Part shown: positions 1-8,273 of the stretch, one piece after another
Position numbering within the stretch: the stretch's first letter is position 1
Layout: each line of letters begins with the position of its first letter
DNA from: Candidatus Micrarchaeia archaeon
GTDB taxonomy: Archaea; Micrarchaeota; Micrarchaeia; CAILAH01
Direction: 5' to 3'
DNA: 17,567 nucleotides
Assembly: GCA_049970015.1 (NCBI GenBank)
Contig: JBMFNT010000004.1
Location: 20,817 to 38,383, forward strand
Position numbers and translations under genes: made by a program
The notes under the pieces: model-generated
Database searches by the model: none
What the model was told of the DNA's origin: nothing
The model's input: only the letters and a program-made list of their open reading frames with translations

Positions 1-6
1 CCTGCT

Positions 7-25
7 AAAAGAGAATATTTATAAA
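7..25 (+). promoter_or_regulatory. Putative archaeal BRE/TATA promoter for a leaderless transcript
   Basis: Purine-rich AAAAGAGAA followed by TTTATAAA (18-25), ending 23 nt before the ATG at 49. No SD motif in between. Confidence 0.5.
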
Positions 26-48
26 CTTAAACAGATTATTTTTTTTAT

Positions 49-801
49 ATGAAAAGCGAGTACAAGAATCATGTAAAAAGAACTATTGCAGCAGGCCTAA
101 TCGGTGCATCCTTATTTTTGAATCAACATGTGCTTGCCGATAAGTGGGAAGATAGGTTTGTATGTAAAAAGACTGATAAGATTGATTATTATTGTGAAAA
201 AGATGATTATGAGCCCGATACTATATTGTTTACCAAGAAATGTTGGGACTCTAATTCACATACAGAAGTAAAAAAAATGTATCCTATCAGTTTTGAAGAT
301 ACAATAAGGGCATTTGGAAAAATTATAGAATTCAATTGTAATGATGAATGGGGCATATTCATATTTGAAAAAGCAATATTGAGAGGAAAAGGCGTGAAGG
401 ATACGCTAGAAAAGGGTTTGTCTGGCTTTATGTACAAGCGCAATCCGAAAACTGGCCAGATAGGTCTTGACCAATACTCTTTCGCAGATAAGGATACCTG
501 GAGTTTATGGTTCTCAGGAGAAGATGGTGTCAAGGCGGTTAAAGCAAAGATAATGTGGAACAAAGTTGCAGTTGTACTGCTTGCAAACGGAGATGTAATC
601 ATTTTCAAAGGCCTTTCTGATCCATCAGATTTTGTAACAATACAGACAACCTATAGATATGTGGACATGAAAAGTGCATCGATTGAGATAAGTGGGAATG
701 AGATAGAAACCAGGATAAACATAAAATTCAGTGATACAACTAAAAAGCTCTTAATCGAGGGAAAAACCAGAGAGGATATCCGAATAACTGAGCTTGATTA
801 A
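49..801 (+). CDS. Hypothetical secreted protein
   Basis: 250-aa ORF. Basic N-terminus plus hydrophobic stretch and A-terminated site (KRTIAAGLIGASLFLNQHVLA|D) resembles a Sec signal peptide. No family recognised. Confidence 0.7.
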   Translation: MKSEYKNHVKRTIAAGLIGASLFLNQHVLADKWEDRFVCKKTDKIDYYCEKDDYEPDTILFTKKCWDSNSHTEVKKMYPISFEDTIRAFGKIIEFNCNDEWGIFIFEKAILRGKGVKDTLEKGLSGFMYKRNPKTGQIGLDQYSFADKDTWSLWFSGEDGVKAVKAKIMWNKVAVVLLANGDVIIFKGLSDPSDFVTIQTTYRYVDMKSASIEISGNEIETRINIKFSDTTKKLLIEGKTREDIRITELD

Positions 802-1706
802 TTATACAAACTTCTCACAAGGCCAACACTTATCAGCAAAAACAGTATAAGGCCCAATGCAGGACATGCTTGTGTGATTCCCTGTTTCGTGCTAGTATCT
901 GTTACTTCCTCTGAGGAAACTTCTTTTTCTTGCACCTCCTGTTCTTGCTGGGTGCCTTCCTCTTTTTCAGTTTTTTCAGTTGTATCTTCACTCTTGCATG
1001 TGAGCATAACCTTTTTGATTACATCTATTTTTGAGAGGATTTCATTGTTAAGCTGTATTGCGTCAGAGTTCAGGTTTGTTATGTTGCAACTCTTAAGGCG
1101 ATTTCTTAATGTTTCGTCCATCGTATTATAGTAACCGATATCAACCACTGGATAATCTACCATTTCACTTCCACAGCAACTGCACGAGTCAAGCAATCCC
1201 TTAAGTTTTGCAATGTTGCTCTCAGCGGTTTCAATCCTTGTTTGTGCCTGTACCTCATCTCCCAATTGAGTATGCTCTATTTTTAGTGGGATTATATACT
1301 CATATTCTTTTTTAGTATACCTACAAACCCCCCTAAATATTCCCCATCTATCTAACTCTATCGTACCATTACCTTTACCTCCCAAAGTAATCTTAAAGTC
1401 AAAATTGCATTTCTTATCACCAGTTATTGTGCATATCTTCACCTCGTTAAAGTAAGTGTCAGTTGCAAAATCATAATATGTCACATACAAATCAAACTGG
1501 CCATTACAGTCCTTTGGATAATTTATGTCAAGTGTAAGTTCAAGGTTTTGGGGCTTGTTCGGTAGGTCACAATTAGTCGTATGTAGTACACCATTTACAA
1601 GAGATGCTCTCGGGGTATTAACAGAATCGATATCCACTGCAAATTCCCCATTTGCACTAACAATAGAAATTGCAAGGATTATACATAAAACCAGCCAGAG
1701 TTTCAT
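798..1706 (-). CDS. Hypothetical Cys-rich cell-surface protein with signal peptide and C-terminal membrane anchor
   Basis: MKLWLVLCIILAISIVSA signal peptide, many Cys, E/T/K-rich linker, then C-terminal ACPALGLILFLLISVGLVR. The ATG shares a base with the enolase TAA, and a GAGGT SD lies upstream. Confidence 0.8.
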   Translation of the reverse strand: MKLWLVLCIILAISIVSANGEFAVDIDSVNTPRASLVNGVLHTTNCDLPNKPQNLELTLDINYPKDCNGQFDLYVTYYDFATDTYFNEVKICTITGDKKCNFDFKITLGGKGNGTIELDRWGIFRGVCRYTKKEYEYIIPLKIEHTQLGDEVQAQTRIETAESNIAKLKGLLDSCSCCGSEMVDYPVVDIGYYNTMDETLRNRLKSCNITNLNSDAIQLNNEILSKIDVIKKVMLTCKSEDTTEKTEKEEGTQQEQEVQEKEVSSEEVTDTSTKQGITQACPALGLILFLLISVGLVRSLYN

Positions 1707-2947
1707 TACATTACCTCTATACCATACTTTGCTTTCGTACCGAGTATTTCTTCAATTTTCAGTAGCCTGTTGTATTTTTCTACTCGCTCGCTCCTGCACG
1801 GTGCACCGCTCTTTATCATGCCACAGTTAAGTGCAACGGCCAGGTCGGCTATGAAAGTATCGCAAGTTTCACCAGACCTATGGCTGACAATTACACCACA
1901 ATTATTATTGAGTGCAAGCGTTGCGGCATCCCATGCTTCAGTTAATGTGCCTATCTGGTTTACTTTCAATAGAAGCGTGTTTATACTTTTCATATCAATT
2001 GCTTTTTGTATTCTTGAAACATTAGTTACTGTTAGATCATCACCAACAACCTTACATTTAACATACTCTATCAGTTTGGAGAATGCTTCAAAATCATCTT
2101 CGTTGAATGGGTCCTCAATGCTAAACAAATTATACTCTTTTACAATATCAGCATAAAAATCAAGCAGCTTATCAGTGCCAATTTTCTTTCCATCTATTCT
2201 GTACATCCCTTTATCATAGAATTCTGATGCTGCACAATCTAGCGATATACGCATCTCTTTCATGTATCCAGTTTTTTCTATTGCCTTCATTATAAGGTCA
2301 AGTGCATCACTTGTTTTGTTGATTGCTGGTGCAAAGCCGCCCTCATCACCCACACCTGTTGCTGACTTTCCATATTTATCAGATATAATCTCTTTCAACT
2401 CGTGATACACTTCTGTGCACATACGCATTGCATCAGTGAAATTCCTGGCGTTTACTGGCACTATCATAAACTCCTGTACTGCAAGTCCGCTTCCTGCATG
2501 CTTTCCTCCATTTATCACATTCATGAGTGGTATCGGAAGACGGTCGGCGGATGGGTTAAGGTACATAAAAAGCTCTTTGCCTTCGCTTGCAGCGGCTGAA
2601 CGTGCAACTGCCATTGAAACTGCAACAGTTGCATTTGCACCAAGCTTGCTTTTATTACCTGTACCATCCAGCTCAATTATTTTTTTATCTATGCTTTTTT
2701 GGTCGAGTACATCCATTCCTCTTATTGCATTTTCTATAATATTTATGTTGTTTAATGCCTTTGAAACACCTTTTCCATTATACTCTTTTCCACCATCCCT
2801 AAGCTCAACTGCCTCATAAGTTCCTGTAGATGCACCGCTTGGTGCAGCAGCAGTGCCTGTAAAGTTTCCGGCACAAACAGTGGCTTCAACTGTAGGATTT
2901 CCGCGCGAGTCAAAAATCATCCTGCCACTTACGCAGTTTATGTTCAA
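1706..2947 (-). CDS. eno: Enolase (phosphopyruvate hydratase)
   Basis: Motifs DSRGNPTVEA, PSGASTG, NGGKHA, QEFM, GDEGG, GDDLTVTN, LLKVNQIGTLTE, SHRSGET, KSGAPCRSER. Start placed at the in-frame TTG at 2947 behind an AAGGTG SD; the ORF track start at 2992 adds 15 atypical residues. Confidence 0.97.
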   Translation of the reverse strand: MNINCVSGRMIFDSRGNPTVEATVCAGNFTGTAAAPSGASTGTYEAVELRDGGKEYNGKGVSKALNNINIIENAIRGMDVLDQKSIDKKIIELDGTGNKSKLGANATVAVSMAVARSAAASEGKELFMYLNPSADRLPIPLMNVINGGKHAGSGLAVQEFMIVPVNARNFTDAMRMCTEVYHELKEIISDKYGKSATGVGDEGGFAPAINKTSDALDLIMKAIEKTGYMKEMRISLDCAASEFYDKGMYRIDGKKIGTDKLLDFYADIVKEYNLFSIEDPFNEDDFEAFSKLIEYVKCKVVGDDLTVTNVSRIQKAIDMKSINTLLLKVNQIGTLTEAWDAATLALNNNCGVIVSHRSGETCDTFIADLAVALNCGMIKSGAPCRSERVEKYNRLLKIEEILGTKAKYGIEVM

Positions 2948-3010
2948 CCGGAACACCTTAACAGCTTTTAAATAAGAAAGTATTTTAACCATTAATCTTA
3001 TTTAAATATC

Positions 3011-3211
3011 ATGAAAGTTTTGATAGATGGGGAGATTGTTAAAGTGAGTTCAAAAAAACGCAAAAATGCAAAAGTGATGGATCTCATAAAAGAACTTGAG
3101 ATGTCCCGTGAAACAGTGATAGCAAGAGTGAATGGAAAGATTGTTACGGAGTTTGATGAAGTGCACAGCAACGATACAGTAGAATTCATACGTGTGTCAA
3201 CTGGTGGTTGA
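3011..3211 (+). CDS. Ubiquitin-like sulfur carrier (ThiS/MoaD/SAMP2/TtuB family)
   Basis: 66 aa with beta-grasp pattern (VIARVNGKIV...DTVEFI) and C-terminal Gly-Gly. Abuts the tRNA thiolase gene. Confidence 0.92.
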   Translation: MKVLIDGEIVKVSSKKRKNAKVMDLIKELEMSRETVIARVNGKIVTEFDEVHSNDTVEFIRVSTGG

Positions 3212-4126
3212 GTGAAATGCTCACTCTGCGGTTCAAATGCAGTAATCTACCTTGCATACTCAGACAAGTTCATGTGTGGAAAACATCTCTCAAGGCTTGT
3301 TGAGAAGAGAGTGGGAAATAACATAAGAAAATATGGTATGGTGCGGGGAAGGAGCAAAATAGGGATAGCAATTTCCGGTGGAAAGGATAGCCTAACGATG
3401 CTTTATCTTATGCACAAGCTGATCGGTGCGGATAGGAGGAAAAAATTAGTTGCAATAAGTGTTGATGAGGGTATACAGGGGTATAGGGACAAAAGCTTGA
3501 TTAAAGCAAAGGAATTGTGTAATAAGCTTGGTGTTCCACATTATGTTTACTCTTTCACGGATTTTGCAGTGCCCATGGATAAGATAATGAAGCATAAAAG
3601 AACTGACCCATGCTCATACTGTGGAGTTTTTAGGAGGTGGGTGCTAAACGATGCTGCGCACAAGCTTGGCCTGGATGCACTTGCAATAGGCCATAACCTT
3701 GATGATGTGGTTCAAACATTGCTGCTTAATATGATGAGAAACGAGCCGTTCAGAATAGCGCGTTTTACACCAAACGGCGGTCTCTTGGATGATAAGGAGT
3801 TTGTGCCAAGGATACGGCCCATGTTCAACATCTTGGAGCGTGAGGTTATGGTTTATGCATTGTATAATGGTATTGATTTCCATAACGAGGAGTGCCCATA
3901 TGCAGGGTATGCACTTCGAAACCCTATTAGAGAATTCATAAATAGTATGGAGGATAAGTACCCCGGGACCAAGTTTAGGATGCTAAATTCGTACATTTCA
4001 CTCTCTAATTCCATAAAAATTCCAAAAAATATTGGAATTGATAGGTGCAAATCATGTGGCAAGCCATCCTCCACAAAACTGTGCAAGAGATGCAGCTTTC
4101 TGCAAAGTTTAAAGGATCAGATGTAA
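3212..4126 (+). CDS. ncsA: tRNA 2-thiouridine synthase, NcsA/TtuA/Ctu1 family
   Basis: N-terminal CxxC...CxxH zinc finger, PP-loop SGGKDS, CSYC, GHNLDD, ECPY, and C-terminal CKSC...CKRC zinc finger. GTG start directly after the carrier stop. Confidence 0.9.
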   Translation: MKCSLCGSNAVIYLAYSDKFMCGKHLSRLVEKRVGNNIRKYGMVRGRSKIGIAISGGKDSLTMLYLMHKLIGADRRKKLVAISVDEGIQGYRDKSLIKAKELCNKLGVPHYVYSFTDFAVPMDKIMKHKRTDPCSYCGVFRRWVLNDAAHKLGLDALAIGHNLDDVVQTLLLNMMRNEPFRIARFTPNGGLLDDKEFVPRIRPMFNILEREVMVYALYNGIDFHNEECPYAGYALRNPIREFINSMEDKYPGTKFRMLNSYISLSNSIKIPKNIGIDRCKSCGKPSSTKLCKRCSFLQSLKDQM

Positions 4127-5484
4127 ACATCCCTTTTTCCGGCATGAACTGTATTCAACAATTTAATAAGCAATCCCTTTGTTTTTTTGTCCATTCCATC
4201 AAGCATGTGTTCGATAAATTTTTCTCCTTCTTTTCTTGTAACATCAGATGCATAATCAAGCAGATATTCCTTAAAAGTAAGAATTGCATTTGGTGTGCAC
4301 AACTTGTTTATGTCCCCAGGTTTGGCCAACGACATGAACTTTTCCCCTGTCCTATCTTTTCTATAGCACGCGGTGCAAAAGCTTGGCAACAATCCAGATT
4401 TAAGACAATCAAGAACTACCTTATCAAGCGAACGTGTGTCATATAGAGTGAACTGCCCATAACTGTTTTCTGGATCATACTTACTACTATATCCTCCAGG
4501 GGATGTGCATGAACCGGCTGATGCTTGTGATACTCCTATGCTAAATGCAACCCTACGCAGTTCCACCGGTTCCCTGGTCGAGATGATTATTCCTGTGTAG
4601 GGGACAGCCATACGTATTATGGATATTATCTTGAGAAAATCCATATCACTGACTGGATATGGTGCAGATTCAGGAGAAACTCCTTTTGCAGGCCTCCACC
4701 GTGGCACGGATATTGTGTGTGGCCCAACCCCAAACCGTCTTTCAAGCTCTCTTGCGTGCATTATAAGTGCAACAAGTTCATACTTATAATCATAGAGTCC
4801 AAATAACACTCCCATACCTACATCATCAATGCCTGCTTTCATTGCACGATGGTGTGCATACAGTTGTCTATCATAGTTTCTTTTTGGTCCCTTGTGAATT
4901 TTTCTATATGTATCGTAATGATATGTTTCCTGGAAAAGCTGGTAGGTTCCAATGCCTGCCAATTTTAGTTTTTCATAGTTTTCTTCGCTTGTCGCAGCAA
5001 TATTTACATTAACCCTTCTGATATTACCTTTGTCAGTTTTTGTTCTATATATTGTGCGTATAGCATCCAGCACATAATCAATCGTATTATCGGGATGTTC
5101 GCCGGCCTCGAGCAACACCCTTTTATGCCCCATGTTGATTATATACTCAGTTTGCAAGCGTATCTGCTCCATATCTAACTTGATACGCTTCAGATTGTTT
5201 GAGCTGTGGAAACCGCAGTATATGCAATCATTTATACAATAGTTTGAGATATACAAAGGTGCAAAAAGCACAAGCCGGTTACCATATATCTCATTTTTTA
5301 TAAGACCAGCAACTTTCTGCATCTTATTTATTAATTCTGGATCATCAATATTTGCAAGTATCCCCACATCCTCGGGATGTAGACCTTTTCTTTGCTTTGC
5401 ACGTTCAAATATTCCTGCAAGATGTTTACGCGATGGCCTTCTTTTTAATGAATCTGCTATTGTCTTATTATCTATAAAATGCAT
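4117..5484 (-). CDS. hydG: [FeFe]-hydrogenase H-cluster radical SAM maturase HydG
   Basis: VLFAPLYISNYCINDCIYC radical SAM motif, IRRVNVNIAA, YQLFQETYH, GVGPHTISVPR (dangler-Fe His) and C-terminal CTAC-X22-C auxiliary cluster motif (4297-4377). GAGGTG SD. Confidence 0.95.
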   Translation of the reverse strand: MHFIDNKTIADSLKRRPSRKHLAGIFERAKQRKGLHPEDVGILANIDDPELINKMQKVAGLIKNEIYGNRLVLFAPLYISNYCINDCIYCGFHSSNNLKRIKLDMEQIRLQTEYIINMGHKRVLLEAGEHPDNTIDYVLDAIRTIYRTKTDKGNIRRVNVNIAATSEENYEKLKLAGIGTYQLFQETYHYDTYRKIHKGPKRNYDRQLYAHHRAMKAGIDDVGMGVLFGLYDYKYELVALIMHARELERRFGVGPHTISVPRWRPAKGVSPESAPYPVSDMDFLKIISIIRMAVPYTGIIISTREPVELRRVAFSIGVSQASAGSCTSPGGYSSKYDPENSYGQFTLYDTRSLDKVVLDCLKSGLLPSFCTACYRKDRTGEKFMSLAKPGDINKLCTPNAILTFKEYLLDYASDVTRKEGEKFIEHMLDGMDKKTKGLLIKLLNTVHAGKRDVYI

Positions 5485-5500
5485 GCTGACACCTCACACA

Positions 5501-6742
5501 TCATATACCAAAGTCCGAAGGTGCACGACCAAGAGATTGCAATATTTCAATAGTATCTTTTATTTTGGCTTCAATATTTTTATGTGCCCTTGGGTATATA
5601 TCATATAATCTCCTGTACTTTTCTGGTGTGACATTAATCATGAATGAGTTTGCACCTGCCATAAGTCCTTTTCTTAGCCCTTCAGGATCAAGCGTTTCAA
5701 GTGCAGTTGTGACAAGGATTTTTGCATTTGGGCTTACCATTCTTGACACTGCAATAGTTTTTAAGACAAGATTAATATTTGGTGATGTGTTTCCAGCTAA
5801 TGGTGTGTTGGGATGAGGTATAAACGGCCCAAAAGAGTACATCTCCGCACCCAGTTCCTTTGTCAATAATATATCATTTAGAACGTCTGTGATTGTTTGG
5901 CCGGGCAACCCTATTATTGAACCTGTTGCTACTAAGTACCCCATATCCTTTGCTGATTTGATCAGCCCGAAACGATGGTTCCAGTCTGCCTTTGGCCCAA
6001 TATGATATTTTTTGTATAATTCTAAATTCGATGTTTCAAACCGTATGAGTGCTCCTCGAGCACCTGCTCCATACATCTCCTTATAACATTCCTCGCTCCT
6101 GCTACCAACACTTACAATAATCAGGGTATTGCACACATCTCTTATTCTGCTGATTATCTCTGCAAGCATATCATCAGTGTAGTACATATCCTCTCCAGAT
6201 TGCAGTACTAGTGCCCTAAACCCAAGATTGTTGACTGCATATTCTGCACATGCAACTATCTCACTAATGCTCATTCTATATCTTTTAAGCGTCATGTTAT
6301 CGCAGCGTATCCCACAGTAATAGCAGTTGTTCCTGCAGTAGTTTGAGAATTCTATTATCCCATGTACACAGCATGAATTACCAAGATGTTTGTATCGTAT
6401 TCTGTTTGCTATATCACAAATATGCTTCAGCTCACTTTCACTATCTGTTGATAGGTATGTGCTAAGGGAATCTACCTGAAAATCTGCACCATCCACTATA
6501 GACCAGGACAATTTCCTATCTATTGCTTTAAGTTCAGCAAATCTTTCTTTCCAGCCTGCAAGTATTTCCTCAGCTTCTATGGCATTCACTTTCTCTATTA
6601 CAAACCCGCCCTGTGCAAAAACATAATCCCCTTCTCTAATGTTACCAAGCTCATTTATTGCCACTTTCTTTTCTCCGAAATAATCCAATACTATTTGCTT
6701 GTTCTCGACTTTAACCACCCTGCCAGGTATAGAATAGCACAT
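5501..6742 (-). CDS. hydE: HypC-domain / HydE-like radical SAM fusion protein
   Basis: aa 1-66 are HypC/HupF-like (MCYSIPGRVV...GDYVFAQGGFVIEKV..EAEEIL). The rest is HydE-like: GIIEFSNYCRNNCYYCGIR, RYRMS, LQSGED, RFET, GLPGQT, GPFIPHPNTPL, TTAL, GAN, TP..YRRLYDIYP. Confidence 0.88.
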   Translation of the reverse strand: MCYSIPGRVVKVENKQIVLDYFGEKKVAINELGNIREGDYVFAQGGFVIEKVNAIEAEEILAGWKERFAELKAIDRKLSWSIVDGADFQVDSLSTYLSTDSESELKHICDIANRIRYKHLGNSCCVHGIIEFSNYCRNNCYYCGIRCDNMTLKRYRMSISEIVACAEYAVNNLGFRALVLQSGEDMYYTDDMLAEIISRIRDVCNTLIIVSVGSRSEECYKEMYGAGARGALIRFETSNLELYKKYHIGPKADWNHRFGLIKSAKDMGYLVATGSIIGLPGQTITDVLNDILLTKELGAEMYSFGPFIPHPNTPLAGNTSPNINLVLKTIAVSRMVSPNAKILVTTALETLDPEGLRKGLMAGANSFMINVTPEKYRRLYDIYPRAHKNIEAKIKDTIEILQSLGRAPSDFGI

Positions 6743-6817
6743 TCAACCACACAATACGCTTTTATAGGTTTGTATTATTAATAAACTCAACTTTGTAAAA
6801 TATATAGGTGATAGAAG
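6743..6817. promoter_or_regulatory. Divergent promoter region between hypC-hydE and psmA
   Basis: 75-bp AT-rich gap with TATA-like elements (TTTTATAG, TTAATAAA) and a GGTGA SD at 6807-6811 before psmA. Confidence 0.5.
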
Positions 6818-7549
6818 ATGTATCCAGTTTCACCACAGGCATATGATAGGGCTATAACTGTGTTCAGCCCTGATGGAAGGCTTTTTCAGGTTGAGTATGC
6901 AAAAGAGGCTGTGAAAAGAGGGAGCACTGCAGTTGGCATGGTTTGTAATGACGGCGTCCTTCTTGCGGCAAACAGGTACATGCAAACCAATCTAGTAATG
7001 CTCGAGTCTGTACATAAGGTACACATAATAGATGATAACATAATAGCAACTTCTTCCGGCCTTGCAGCAGATGCACGAAGGCTTGTAGATATGGCGCGCG
7101 TTGAGGCGCAGAAAAATAGAATCACTTTTTCTGAACCTATAACGGTTCTTGAGCTGAGCAAGAGGATTGCTGACACAGTACAGATTTATACACAGTATGG
7201 CGGGATAAGGCCATTCGGAGTTTCCATGCTGTTCACAGGGGTTAACGATAACCAGCTATCTTTGTATGAAGTTGAGCCCAGTGGTGCGTACACCGGTTAT
7301 TATGCATGTGGAATAGGGTCGAGCAAGGAATCTGTGGAGAAATATCTAAGTGAGAGTTACAGGCATGATATTTCTCTTGAACAGGGATTGGTATTGAGCT
7401 TGAAAGCATTGCTTGAGGTTTGTGGTGAGGAGGAATATAAGAAGTGTACGGAAGATTCCCTTGATATTGCAATAGTATCAAAAAAGGACGTAAAGGCCAG
7501 ATACCTAACCTCTGCAGAGATCAAGAAGTATCTCGCCAAGGTGAAGTAG
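6818..7549 (+). CDS. psmA: Proteasome alpha subunit
   Basis: Signature [21 protein letters not shown], plus [21 protein letters not shown] and EPSG. Confidence 0.98.
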   Translation: MYPVSPQAYDRAITVFSPDGRLFQVEYAKEAVKRGSTAVGMVCNDGVLLAANRYMQTNLVMLESVHKVHIIDDNIIATSSGLAADARRLVDMARVEAQKNRITFSEPITVLELSKRIADTVQIYTQYGGIRPFGVSMLFTGVNDNQLSLYEVEPSGAYTGYYACGIGSSKESVEKYLSESYRHDISLEQGLVLSLKALLEVCGEEEYKKCTEDSLDIAIVSKKDVKARYLTSAEIKKYLAKVK

Positions 7550-7553
7550 TATT

Positions 7554-8249
7554 ATGGTATCATTAGATAATGCAGTCATAATACGGTATGAGAAAGATGG
7601 GGAAAGGTTTGAGGTATTTGCAGACCCAAATCTTGTAATGGACTTTCGCAAGGGCAAGGAGATTAGTATATCAAGCATAGTTGCAGCGCATGACATATTC
7701 AAGGATGGGCGGAAAGGTGATGTGCAATCTGATGATGCGCTGAAAAAAGCTTTTGGAACAACCAACTTTGAAGCAGTGGCACGTGAGATATTGCTGAAAG
7801 GTGAGCTTCATCTTACCACAGAGCAAAGGCGTAAGTCCATTGAGGAGAAGAAAAGCAAGATAATGAGTTATATAGCGCAAAATTATATTGACCCGCGGAC
7901 GAATGCACCGCATCCTATAAAGAGAATAGAGCTTGCAATGGAGGAGGCAAAAGTGCACATCGATCCGATGAAGTCTGCAGAGTCGCAGGTTGAGGATATT
8001 GTTAAGCTGTTGAGGCCGATAATACCTCTTCGTTATGAGGTGCTTAAGATTGCAGTTAGAATACCTGCTGAGCATGTGGCCCGCGCATATGGAGTAGTTA
8101 AGGAGTTCAATCCTAAGAGAGAAGAATGGCAGGGGGATGGTTCCCTTCTTGTGCTTTTTGAAATACCTCCAGGCATGCAATCAGTGATGTACGATAAGCT
8201 TAATAAGGCCACACATGGCCAGGTTCAGGCGAAGGTTGTTGAGAGATAA
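7554..8249 (+). CDS. sdo1: Ribosome maturation factor SBDS/Sdo1
   Basis: [48 protein letters not shown]. Canonical position after psmA. Confidence 0.96.
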   Translation: MVSLDNAVIIRYEKDGERFEVFADPNLVMDFRKGKEISISSIVAAHDIFKDGRKGDVQSDDALKKAFGTTNFEAVAREILLKGELHLTTEQRRKSIEEKKSKIMSYIAQNYIDPRTNAPHPIKRIELAMEEAKVHIDPMKSAESQVEDIVKLLRPIIPLRYEVLKIAVRIPAEHVARAYGVVKEFNPKREEWQGDGSLLVLFEIPPGMQSVMYDKLNKATHGQVQAKVVER

Positions 8250-8273
8250 TGATTAATGTTGAAGGTGTTGTAA

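Noticed and set aside
2948..2992. 15-aa N-terminal extension of enolase
   Set aside because: It lies in an AT-rich divergent promoter region, and an SD-preceded in-frame TTG at 2947 gives a typical enolase start.
3011..5484. Thiamine thiS/thiH cluster
   Set aside because: The radical SAM protein has the HydG-specific CX2CX22C tail and pairs with hydE. The GG-protein is coupled to a tRNA thiolase, and there is no thiG.
5501..6742. Biotin synthase BioB or PylB
   Set aside because: LQSGED, GPFIPHPxTPL and the terminal YxIYP motifs, together with hydG adjacency, fit HydE better. No bio or pyl genes are nearby.
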